A stretch of 64,000 nt of DNA from Amphiscolops sp. MND2022 (lineage: Eukaryota): positions 50,098,001 through 50,162,000 of the forward strand of contig OZ076409.1 of assembly GCA_964187785.1 (NCBI GenBank), in the 5' to 3' direction. Positions 12,600 through 24,581 of the stretch are shown piece after piece (position 1 is the stretch's first letter; every line of letters starts with the position of its first letter). The position numbers and the translations under genes were made by a program. Under the pieces are notes generated by a model, which was not told where the DNA came from, made no database searches, and saw only the letters and a list, made by a program, of their open reading frames with translations.

Positions 12600-15500
12600 A
12601 TAATGGTTGAAATGTTGTTCTATAATTAAGTCCTGAGTAGGGATTAAAGAAGTTTATATGTCCTGTTCTAATCTCAGGTAATTCTGCGTCACAGAGGTAA
12701 GAAATGGATGTGACTATGAATGGTGATGGGGTTGTTTTGTGTGCTACTCTTGTTGAAAGAGAAAATGGATGAGGTCCTAACGAATTGAATGTGACTTCTA
12801 CTTCAAATTTTAATATGATTTGTTGTTCTTGTAGTCTTCGTAATTCTCTTTGTTTTCTTTGATTTGAAAGTGAGCTATTGTTTATAAATCTTGCAGGTAA
12901 TACAGTGTATCGAGGGTCTTCGTTAAGACTACGAACAATTCTTGAATTAACACGGATAGGATATTCGTGAGGGTTTGGTGTTGGAGGTCTTGAAAAATCT
13001 TCTAAAAATATTCAGGTAGTTGTATATAAGAGTTTGATGTTATTGAACTAGGTGAATGAACTTGTGAAAAATTAGCTGCGCTATCTGATATAGTTATTGG
13101 GTCTTCAGAAAGAAGAGAAGCTGTTTCAAATCCTGATGTGATTTGAAATGGCAGTGATAAAGAAGATGGTATAGTGGGTTGAGATGAGGAAAGAGAAGGA
13201 GTGTCTAATCTGGGTTGGGCTTGCTGTCTAACTAGTCTTGAGTTTTTACTTGAACTAGTTAAAGATTGTAATTCCTGAGAATTTCTTCGTTGTTGAGATC
13301 TAAGGTTATAATTATGTCTTGGTACTCTAGTACTGGCAGTTGAGTCAGAATCTTTATCTTTGTGATATGAATCTGTTAAAGATGAGGTAGTAGTTGAATG
13401 TACACATTCTAATTCAAGTTTGGGATATATTTGAGAAAATGTGAATAAACTTAGTTCAGATGGTGATGGAATTGGGTGTTGTTGTAATTTCTTCACTGGT
13501 GCCTTTATTGAAGTTTCTGGTAAGAATATTATTGGAGTATAACTTGTTGATGGTAAGTTGGGGTTTTGTGGTAGTTTGGGTGGAGTATGACTTGTTGATG
13601 GTAGGTTAAGGTCTTGTGGTAATGTAGGTAAAGAAGTTTTTCTTTTTGTTTTAGTTGTTGGTATTTTATGTGGACAAGAATTTATGTATTGCAGAACTGA
13701 GCTGGGGTCAGGGATATAAACGGAACGAGTGGTAGTAATTAGTGGAAGAGGAGGTCTTTTTAAAATACTTGAAGTATCTTGTGTAGTTGGTGTTGTAAGT
13801 GTTTCATCATTAGAGTCAGTAACTGGTGAACTTGTTTCTGAAAATACTAAATTTTGTGAAATAGGTTGTGGTTGAGTTGTTATTACTGATGTTTGAGTCA
13901 GGGATATAGGTGTATTGGTGGGTGTTGCTGGTACTCTATCAGGAGTATATGGAGCGGATGGACTGGGGTTTGAGGATGAGAATCCAGTATGTCTGCATCT
14001 GAGTTTAAATATGCTGTATATTCAGGTAATGTTTGGAGTGAATGTGTTGAACTAGAAGATGAATTATTTGTGGTTGATGATGGTGAATGAGTATGTCTAT
14101 CAATTTTGAAATCTTTTGTGTTGTGGTAGTTTGCTTCAAATTGTAAGTTAGTTAGTTCTATATTAATTATAGTTTCTTTCTTTTATTATCACTTGTGAAA
14201 AAAATTTTTTTTTGATTCAATTTCACATTAGGTTTCAAACTTTCTTTCTTTCTTTCAAATTTTCTTTCTTTCTGTATTTCAGCAGGATTTTTGAGAAAGT
14301 GAAATTATATCCTTTTCACCAAGGAAAAAACGATAGTCTTTTCTTGGTTGTGGGCGGAAATTGTATATATTATAGGAGTGTCTTCGGGGGTTAATAAAAT
14401 TATCATAGTCATGAATGTCTGATTGGTTATCTGAGTTGGTATTTTTAGAATCTTGTTCTTTTTCTTGGTACGGAAATGAAGAATATTGGCTAAATGATTC
14501 CGGTTGGAAGTCGATTGTGGATGGTATATCCGTTTCTTTATTAAATTTTGTGGAAGAAAATTGATCTTCGTCACTGAATTGGTCTTCATCGGAGTCAAAA
14601 GATTTTATTCGATCGTTTATATTCGAATAATTATCATTGAGTAAATGAGGATTATACTGTTGTAGGAAAGGAAAAAAATAATTGGTTCTTTTGGATAAAA
14701 AGGAACTAAATGATTTCTGTGTATGTGAGATGTGTAACCATCTTGATTAACAATTTCATATGTTATATCGGAAGTTTTGTTAATAATTTTGAATGGTCCA
14801 ATTCTGAGAGGTTTTTATTTGTCAGAAAAATGAACATGGAGAAAATTTCTTTTTAGTACAAACGTACCAATTTCCAAGGGTCTCGGATTGTGGTATGTTT
14901 TGTTAAAAAAAGCGTAAGAGTTAATTTTTCTTTTTGTGTTTTCATATACTGTGTGGTATGTTTGTATCATAGCAGTTTCAATGGCTAAGATCCATTGTGG
15001 GATCGGTTTAGATAAAATTTTATGGAAGAAGGGGTTTAGATTTGATTTGTCATAGTGTGTATGAAGTGGTAATTCTTGACAATTTTGGGAAGTACAATTT
15101 CTATATGTATCTCTTTGGAGATTGAGTTCAAAATTGATTGGAATTCTGGGTATAGTATGAATTACTATTTCATATGGAGATAAGTTTATTTCAGAAAGTG
15201 GTTGTGAATTATGTGCATAAGCATACATATGAACTCGAGTAGACCAGTTTCTGGAGTGATATGTAAGAAAAGTCTGATTTGAGTTCCAATATTTCTGTTT
15301 TGATTTTCAACTAAACCATTAGTCCATGGTGCATAAGGAGTTTTCGGTGAATGTCTAATTCCCATTAAAGTACAAAGGTTTGCGAATTCGGAATTAATAT
15401 ACTCTGATCCACGGTCGGTAACTAGGTATACAGGAGGTCCAAATTTTGTTATCCAATGATGTAGTAAGGAGTTAACAGCGTTCTGAGCATTATTTTGTTT

Positions 15501-18500
15501 TATAGGTACTGTTACTACAAAGTGACTAAATTGTCTACTATAACATGAATGTATGAGTTTTGATTTGATGGTGGGTTTATATGTCCTTTTGTATCCATTG
15601 ATATTCGGTAGTTGAAATATGAAGCATTTTCTGAAAATGTTTGTATGGATGCAGTTTGTATTTTTTGGTTAATATGTTTATTTTGTTGACATTCAATACA
15701 ATCATGGATGAATATTGACATCCATTTATTCAAATATGGTATGAAGTAAAATTGCTGAAAAGCTTTGATGGATATTTTTATTCCTGAGTGTCAATGAGCG
15801 TGAAGTTTGTTAAAAGCTGCATGGAAGAGTTTAAATGGTAAACATATTTTGTCTCTTTGATTCGGGTTTGAATCGTGAATATTAGGATAATCTATGTGAG
15901 TAAGTTTTGTATCATGGTTAATATACAATTGGTTGAAACTTTTGTAATATAATAATGAGAAAGAATTTGCTGCAATTGTTGGGTCTATTTGTAAGGGTCT
16001 TTCATTATCAAGTACCCATTGGTAAACTTTTTGTAAAACAGTGTCTTGTTCTTGTTGAGTTTTTATTGTTTCAATTGTTCTTTGTGTATCTTCTGGTAGG
16101 AAGAAATAATTAAAATATCTTTTGTATTTGAAGAAAGATGGATCAAAAAATGGAACTTGTTGATTACAATAATCGGATTTGGTAGGATATTGTATAGCAA
16201 GTGTGTGTTCTTTTAATATGTCTGAGTTTTGATGTTGGATATTATTTGATTGAGTTATTTCATCGTCATCACTGAGAATATCAGTATCATTAAGAATTGT
16301 CGATTGTTGTAAGAGAGATTTTGTTTGGTTTTTTGTAGGTTTTTTATATTTTGATTCAAATGGAACAATAGATTGAAAAGAGAAAGAATCTAAAGGTTTT
16401 ATGTGGATATCTTCTCCTTTCTTACTTATACGGATAGAGAATTGGTCGTCTTCGTAGTCAGCAAGAATAGGATGGCAATCATTCTTTTGATTATATTTGA
16501 TTTCTTCATGTTTTACTAAATAGTGTACTGGTTTGAGTTGATTATCTTTCATGATAGAGAAATCTATTTGAGGTGGTAATTGTTTGTGTCGTAATTGATG
16601 TACCTGTAATTGTTCTTTTGTAAAAGTTCGTGAAAGCATATCTGCTCCAGTTAAGTTTTTTCCAGGGGTATGAATGATTTTCAGTTTGGAGAATTTGGTT
16701 AATTGCATTTGTGCTCTATGGAATCTAGGAATAAGATTTCCTTTCTTTGCAAAACAATGTAGTAGAGGTTTGTGATCTGTGAATATGTATATGGGAAGAG
16801 GAGATCCAATGATCAAAATTTCATATATTTGTAATGCGTAAACTATTGCGAGAAGTTCTCTGTCTAAAGTTGAAATTTTTTGTTCTTGAGTGTTAAGAAT
16901 TCTGGAGTTATAAGAGATTACTTTCATTTTGTTTTCTTCGTTCATTTGGAAAAAGACTGTGCCTAAACCAACTAACGGAGCGTCTACTGTTATGAAAAAT
17001 GGATGCGTTGTATTGGGTATGGTTAATTCAGTGTCTGCTGTCATTGCATTTTTTACATTTTGAAATGTTTTTTCTAATTCAGGTGTCCATTGGAATTTAA
17101 CATCATCATGTAGTAATGTATACAATGGTTTAAGGTTTATATGGAGTTTTTCAATGAATTTTGAATAGAAGTTAACACTGCCAAGAAATTGCATAACATT
17201 TTTTTTTCTTTTGGTGATGGAATTCTTTTAATGGCGTCAATTTTGGATGGAATTGGTTTGATTGTGTTATTACCAATTTCGTGTCCAAGGAATTTTACTT
17301 TGAGTAACATGTAGAATGATTTTTCGGGTGCAAGTTTGAGATCTTCTCGAGATGCTATTTTATGTAATTCTATTATAAGTTCAAACATTTCTTGTTTTTC
17401 ATTTGCGAGTAGTAAAATATCATCTATATACACTAACGCAGAACGTTTGTCTATAAGTGGTCTAAAGAAAGTTGACATTTGTTTTGTGAAAAAATTTGGA
17501 AGTCCCTTTAATCCGTAAAATCCACGGATAAAGGCGTATAGTTTGTCACAGGATGAAAGTCCTGTAAGTTTGATAGTTTCTTCGTCTAATGGTGTATGAG
17601 CATAGGTATACATTAAATCAATAGTTGATTTATATTTTTTATTGGCTCTAGCTAATTGAGGAGCTAAAAGTTCAATAGGCCAAGATTCAAGTTCTTGGTT
17701 GGTGTTTGAGTTTAATTGTCTTGCGTCTAAGACAACTTTTATTGCGTCTCCTTTGGGGATAATAACTAAAGGGTTTAAAAATGTTGTTCCAATTGTGTGT
17801 TTTTCATCTGAGGTGGAACCAATTTGTTTTATTTTATTGTATTTTTCGAGTTCTAGTAAAAGTTTATTTAGTCTATCTCTGTAGTGAATTGGTACTTTAG
17901 AAGGTCTTTGTGTTTGAAGTTTACAGTTATCTTTTATTCTAATTCGAAAGGGGTAGAAATTTTTCCTACGTCGTTCTTATGTTTGGCGTAACAATTTTGA
18001 TTATCAATCAAAGTATTGCAGAGGTTTACATATTTTGTATCGAGTAAATCTGAGTATTCAAAGTTAAACTTTTTTTTGACTTGTTGGTTTTCTGTAGAAT
18101 ATGGTAATGGAGGAAAATCTTTTCGAATTTTATCTGAGGGTCGAAGATTTCCAGTAACAGAAGGTATAGGAAGTTGAAGTGTTTTGTCATTGATTTCTAT
18201 TTTGTTAATTTCTAATAGGGATTGTGGTATTACCCTAGTACATAAGTTCATACCTGCATATGGATTTTGTTTAATTGGAGTTGTGGTATCAGGATGATAC
18301 GCAGGTATTACAGAGTGAATAAGTGAGTTTATATCATTAACTCTATAGTGAGGAGGAGTTGTTTGAGTAATAGGGATTTCTATGTACCCAATGATTCCTC
18401 GTGGTAATGTAGCTGGGTAAGATGTAAAGTTTTGAATTATTGTTGCACAAGAGTCTTTGCTTTTTTCATTGACTATAATATGCAAGAAATGAAAGAAATC

Positions 18501-19160
18501 TTTATATTTTTGTAAGAAAAATGTATAAGGGTTTGTTGGATAAAATTTTGTATTATCTTCAAGTTCAAAATGTAGATTTGAATAGTTTTTAATTGGGAAA
18601 TGTATGGTTTTTCCTGACCTTGGTTTAAAGTGAATTGGTTCTTTACATTTAATAGTATAGATGTAAGAAATATATGGGTAATCTTTTTCTGTAAATGTGG
18701 AAAATGTTTTTGTTGAAAGCTTTGGATGTTGTTCTATATAAGTCATAATATTTTGTTGAAAATCGATATTTTGGATGTGTTTATTGAAAAAGGGTGTCCC
18801 AAGAATGTTGTATTTGATATTGGCTACGGTGAAATCGATATTGAAGGATCGCGTTTGATAGTTTACTTCAGTAAAACAGGTCATCGAAATGTAGTGTATT
18901 ATTGGTTCTTCAGTTTGGTTAGCAACTGTAAGAGTTTTGGCTCTTTTGTTTTCAAGATTGGTTGGAACATTGATGTTTAATTGTTTGGAAATTACTTGAA
19001 ATGTTGGTAAATTCAAAACAGATTTGGATGCTCCAGTATCTAAGAGGAATAAGATTTCTAATTTTGAAGGTAATATAATATCATTTGTTTCAGAAGCATG
19101 AACATATAGTGGGTAAAACCAACTATAAGGAGTAATTGTATTAGCGATTGAGTTATTTGT
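12600..19160 (-). pseudogene. pol: Element A pol (PR-RT-RNaseH-IN plus long Ser/Thr/Pro-rich tail), multiple stops and frameshifts
   Basis: LLDTGAS at ~19025-19050; YIDDILL in ORF 17137-17613; RNase H TVDAPLVGLG, RELLAI, FTDHKPL in 15791-17194; IN CIEC, MDTKG, TDRG, GLVE; GPF motif at ~14795. Confidence 0.95.
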
Positions 19161-22100
19161 CAGGTGTGGATTTCAAATTTTGTACTATCTTTGTCTTTTG
19201 TAGATTTAACGTCTACTTGATTTATTCTATTTTGTTGTCTGTTTTGTGAGGGTGTTCTAGATCGTGATCTAAAATCTCTAGGTCTTGATGGAGATCTATA
19301 AGGATAATTATATCGTTTAAAGGAGTTTCCTTGTGATTGAGAACGGGATCTATATCTTGAGCGAGAGTTATATCTGTAATTTGAGTTATTTCTGTATGGA
19401 GATCTATATGGAGATCTAGATGGAGTTCTTCGTTGATAATAATTATCAAATCGAGATCTACTATGGACTTCGAGATCGATTGTAATATCTTTGTCGAGAA
19501 TTTGATCTATAGTTGTTTCGCGAATATTCTCTACTATTGCCACGATATCTATCATTATTTCTGTATCTATCGTTATAGTAATTTTGATTATATTTGTTAT
19601 GATCGTTATCTGAGGAGTAAGTTTTTGTATTGTCATTTCGAGTTTCTTGTGAGTCATTAGGTTTACTGCAAAAATATTGTACAAAAGATTGTTGAGGAGT
19701 TCGTGATCTTTGGTTTTTGTATTTTTGGTATTCATCATCACGTTGTTTTTGATAACAGTTTGAAATACCATGATTATTTTTGTGACAATAGGAACAATAT
19801 TTTTTATAAGCTGGTTTGCTTTTGTTATTTGGGTCTCCAGATTGAGTAACCTTTATAGGACCTTCTTGTTCAAATTCTCTTTTGTTTGTATCAAGCGATA
19901 CTTTGTTTTTTTTCTAGAGCTAAGTCGTTAGTTCTAATTTTTTCATTAGCAATGTCTTCAGAATCGACATGTCTAACAAGTGTGTGAAATGGTATTGAAG
20001 GTTCAAGTAATGTCGATACATGTTTAACTTGTCGTTTAAGAGCAAAATTTTCCAGTTTTTTGGGTAATCCTTTTGTAAAGATTTCATTATTTTTGAGTTT
20101 TATGGTAGCTGCATTTTCATTGCACCATCCCTTTTTAACTAATTGTTGTACTCTAAGGGCGAAGTGGCGTACTGTTTCATTATCTTTTTTCATGAGTGAC
20201 ATAGCTTCTACCTGGGCGTAGTAAGCTGTTTTTTGAGATGAAAATTGTTTTTTGAATAATTGTACAAAGGAGTTCCATTGTTGTTTATATGATATATGAA
20301 GGTTAGTATACCAATCGAGAGCTGTTCCAGTTAAAGAACATTGTATGTAAGCCATGCGTCTATTATGCCAGGATTTGTATTTTTTGGATTATTCTGAGGT
20401 TCTTCACCTATGGCGAAGGTTAATCTAGCTTCGACTTGTTGTAGATATTCTTCTGGAGTATAAGAATGGTCTAAACCATCAAAAGGTTTCATAGGTTCTG
20501 GTATTGAAGCGGACATGTTCATAAAGGTATCTTGTGGTATTGGTAAGTATTGGAGTGGAGGAGCTACTTGATGTGTGAGTTGAGGAGGTTAATGTTGAGT
20601 TGTATTTTGTGGTAATGGATTTGGATTTGGATTAGGATCAGAATTTGTACTTGGATGCATTTGATATAAAGGATCAATTGGTATATGTGTAAGTAGAGGG
20701 TTTTGAAGTCTTCTTTGAGAAGATTGTGTGGTATGAGAATAAGAAGTTGAAGGATACGAAGTTCCTTGATTTTGAGAATATATATTATTCTGTGAGGTAC
20801 TGGTTTGTGATAAATGTATGAAAGGGTTTTGTGTTGTTGAATTCGTATCAAATTGAGAGTGATTTTGGTTGATATTTGTATTAGTAATTGTATTTGATGT
20901 AGGAGAAAAGTTATAATTGAATGGATCGTAATATTGATTGGAAGTTTGTGGATTATCATTACGATTATTGTTTGAATAAATCGATCTATCTGAGGGGAAA
21001 GCAGAACGAATTGATGGAGGATCGTATCTAGGTCGAGTAATATATCTTGTAGAATCAGGAATAGTTCTTGTTGGAGATGCAACGTTAACAGAAGTATTCT
21101 GAGCATGAGATGTGGTTAGAATATCTTCATGTAATGTATTATGAGTTTCGTCGTGTGTTGTTTCATCTGTGTGTGGAAGGTTGAAAGTTATATTACGGTT
21201 TGGAGATGCATCTAAGTAAGATTGAGGATTATGTGTATTTTTTCTTTGATTTACAACTCTAGTTGGAATTCCAAAGGATTGAGTGTGTGTTGATGTTGAT
21301 GTTCCGGCTTGTGATGCATTTTGTGTTGAAATTGTAGATTCTTGAGTAGTAAACTCACTTGCATTGTTTTCAATGGTCTGATTATTATCAATATAGTTTT
21401 CATTTTGATTTTTTTGTTGGAGTGTATTTTCATTATTGGTATTATCATCCTCAGTATAGTTATTAGTGTTAAAATTTAGGTTTTGTTGAACTTGAGATTT
21501 TTGCTCATAGTGATAAGGTCTATTGTCTGCAACTAGATCATTTTCTGTAATTAATAGAGGATGAAAACGTATGTAATCTAAAGTTTGTTTTGTAATTAGT
21601 TGTGGTTTATGGAAATAAGGCTGTTCATTTTGTTCACTGATGATGAATGGTAAGCTTTCGTCAGCTGTAAAATGATTTGGAAATGCTGTAAAAGCAGGTT
21701 GATCTTGTTGTGACCATAATAGTTGATAATTGAATCTGAAGTATTTTCTGAGAAATAGAGATATTACTTCGATCTGAAGAATTGTTTGGTAATTTAATGT
21801 TAAGTCTTTGTAATGGTAGAGGAAATTTTGTATTCGTAATATATCAGTTTGTAACCAATGATGAGGATTGTCTTCAGGATTAACTAATTTTTCAATACTT
21901 TCTACTTCGAAATTACTTATGTATCGTTCAAGTTCGTCAAGTGCATTTGGACTAAACTTTGGGGTTTCAAGTGCTATGTTGTGGTCTTTCACATGGTTTA
22001 AAAAAGCATAAAAAACTTGTTTAATAGGAACGTGGAGGTTTATTGGATTTATTGTTCTTCTGTATATATGAGATGAATTAGGTCTTTGTTGAGGAAAGGA

Positions 22101-22349
22101 GATTTGAAAAGCTGGGTATTCTGTAGTGATGGTTAGAACTTTGTATCTAATATAGAAGAGGTATGTGTCCAAATGTTCTCTAATAAGAGGTATTGTTTCA
22201 ATTGTATGAGGTTCATTTTCCAATGGAAGTGGTTGTGTATATTGGGAAATAATGTTTTGTATGAATGGGTTTAGTTCTAATTTTACAACTTGTGCATTTT
22301 TAATGACGGGAGTTTGAAAAGGTAGGGGGGTTGTTGTTGAGAAGTTCAT
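19160..22349 (-). pseudogene. gag: Element A gag with long N-terminal extension and RS-rich C-terminus
   Basis: ORF 20589-22349 is in frame with 20331-20522 across one stop. Capsid-like MKPFDG...SLTGTALDWY...FKKQFSS; zinc knuckle CSYCHKNNHGISNC at ~19757-19798; RSRSR/RSP repeats in 19160-19460. Confidence 0.9.
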
Positions 22350-23729
22350 TTTTAGATTTTATCTCTTATCACTGTAAGTATTTTTCAAAGAGGATACTAA
22401 ATAGAAATAAGACACAAAATGTGTATGTTGTAATGAGCACTACTGTGGTAACTTTTTCCCACATGTTATAATATGAAGGTTGAAACGTTGAAAATAATTT
22501 TTAATATAGATCCTTTTAAGTTGGAGCTCTTGGGTAATATCTTTGTTGATTTATGATGAAGAAAAAAAATTGTTGATATTGTTCAATTAATCTTTCAAAA
22601 TCGTCTGATGTATGGTTTTGAAGTGAGCTAATTGGTTGTAAAAGAAAGTGTGAAGAAGCAGGTGTTACAAAAGGAATGTAAAAATTTAAAAAGTGAACTG
22701 TTTGGTTGTATACGTTAGAGTTCATATAATTTGTGTTCTAACAAGAATTTGAAGTTATTTGGGAGGTTAATAGTTTTGGATAGAGAAGAAAAAAGCGGAT
22801 GCAATAGAATCTGGATTCAACCTCAAAGGAATGCTAACAGAAACTAAGTGTGATTTTAAATCTGGATCACTTTAAAGTGTCTAACATAAGGTTATTGACA
22901 CGTCCAGAAAAGCTAAGGTTGTTTTAATTTTAAGTGGGTTGTGTGTTTTAAGACTAAGAGAGTGGAGCTCTGAACAATCAACGTCCACTTTCCAAAGTGT
23001 GATCAATACTGATCAAGATCAAAGTTTGATCTTTGTCTCTTTTACTTTTACTTTTACTTCCTGAGAATTTTGAAGATTCGAACGTAGTTCGGTGTCCTCT
23101 CGATTCTCCCCAAAGACGTTTACATTTAACTAAGGTTTTTAGTCAGCCTTAGAATCAGAATCAGCTGGTGAAGCTGTCTGATTGTCTAAGTCTTACGGGA
23201 GGGGATAGGAATTGTGGGTGCCTGAACGTAGATAACTACCTTTACAGTGTTCGTGATACTTACATGCCTTATTTTAGGTTTTAGGGCAAAAGAGTTGTGG
23301 GAATTGTATGTGGTAATTTGTCAAAATAATTGTTTTGTAGGATTATGTTAAAATTATTGCTGTTGAAAGAATTAGATATAAAGTTAAGTGTAGATTGTGT
23401 TGTTATTTTTCTTGTGTTGTTTAAGTTTCTTGAAATTATTTGTGTTGTTTGTCGACAATTGGAAAAGAAATGGAATAGGGCGTGGTTGCTTTTTGTAGAT
23501 AGTCTTGGTTGCCTTTTTTTGTATTCAGTGTCTATTTTTGAAAACTATTTTGTAGAAATTTTTTGTAGAAAATGGATCCGAAACGTAACAGTAGAAAAAC
23601 CAGGTTTTCTGCCAACACGAAGTTGATCTTGAGACGTATGTGCTTATAGGTGAGCGGAGCTGGACATGCACTCAGTCAAATATTACACCAGGAGTCCACC
23701 TGACGTTCAAGATAGCAAGATTGAAGAAA

Positions 23730-24063
23730 GTTGCTATGTCAAAGGTGTTAGAAAACCTTGATAAACCAGACAAATGTTGCTGTGTCAAAGGTGTTAGAAA
23801 ACCTTGATAAACCAGACAAACATCAAAAAACTGTTTCAACAAGCTTCCGGATTAGCTGTGATAAATCAGTATAGAGAACAGAACTGTGTCACGTGTGGAT
23901 AAATCAGTCTGGAAAGAGAAGAGAAACAGAACTGTGTCACAAAGGATAAATCAGTCTGAAATGAAACCGTTTCGACGTGTTAGAAAACGTGATAAACTGG
24001 TATAGCAAGAAGAGCAGAAAGAAGAACCGTGTCAACGTATTAGAAAACGTGATAAACCGGTAT
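23730..24063. repeat. Tandem repeat array in the 5' UTR of element A
   Basis: 46-bp unit duplicated at 23730-23820, followed by two more diverged pairs; about seven units share a GATAAA core. Confidence 0.85.
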
Positions 24064-24289
24064 TGAAGAAAATTTGTGATATTTGAATTGATTGTTGTAG
24101 TGGAGAAATTGTATGTCTAACGATGATGTATTTAGTGATGAAATTCCGAAAGTCACAGACTAAATTTTCAAGAAATTCTAGAAAGATTTCACTGCAATTC
24201 CAGAGAATTTCAAAGATGGAGAGGGGTATTTGTATTATTTATTATTGAGAGAAGAGAAATCATTCAGGAGAGAAAGGCAAGAAAGTTTA

Positions 24290-24301
24290 CAAGTCGCACC
24301 A
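24290..24301 (-). promoter_or_regulatory. Element A primer-binding site
   Basis: TGGTGCGACTTG begins 3 nt inside the 5' LTR boundary; primer tRNA not assigned. Confidence 0.8.
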
Positions 24302-24304
24302 AAT

Positions 24305-24577
24305 TGTGCTGCTTTTTATAGTTGGTTTATTTGATGGTGGTGGTGTTATTCACAACTTACTAAAAAGCGGCTAAGAGACAGGCTAGCTAGCTAACTTTAT
24401 TACAACTAGTTCGAGGTGGTAGAAGTAGAACAAAAAGGAAGTCAACCAAATACTGATTATTAGTTTTCTCTCTCTGAGGGAGTAGAGACTTACAGTCATT
24501 CAATAATAAATAAATGTACATTCTAGAACATTCTATAAACATCTAAATACTATTGGTTATTAATGTAGGTCAGTACA
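24305..24577 (-). repeat. Element A 5' LTR (273 bp)
   Basis: Direct repeat of 6026-6298, followed by TSD CAAC. Confidence 0.97.
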
Positions 24578-24581
24578 CAAC

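Larger units (their letters stand above)
6026..24577 (-). mobile_element. Element A: full-length env-bearing Ty3/Gypsy LTR retrotransposon, 18,552 bp, coding-degenerate
   Basis: Paired TG...CA LTRs; CAAC TSD at 6022-6025 and 24578-24581; PBS and polypurine tract (PPT); gag-PR-RT-RNaseH-IN-env order on the minus strand. Confidence 0.97.

Noticed and set aside
12600..19160. Element A as BEL/Pao because of its env type
   Set aside because: RT, RNase H and integrase GPF motifs, the single CCHC knuckle and the 4-bp TSD fit Ty3/Gypsy better.
23730..24063. Repeat array as a possible CRISPR
   Set aside because: Units are adjacent and diverged with no unique spacers, no cas genes are present, and the context is eukaryotic.
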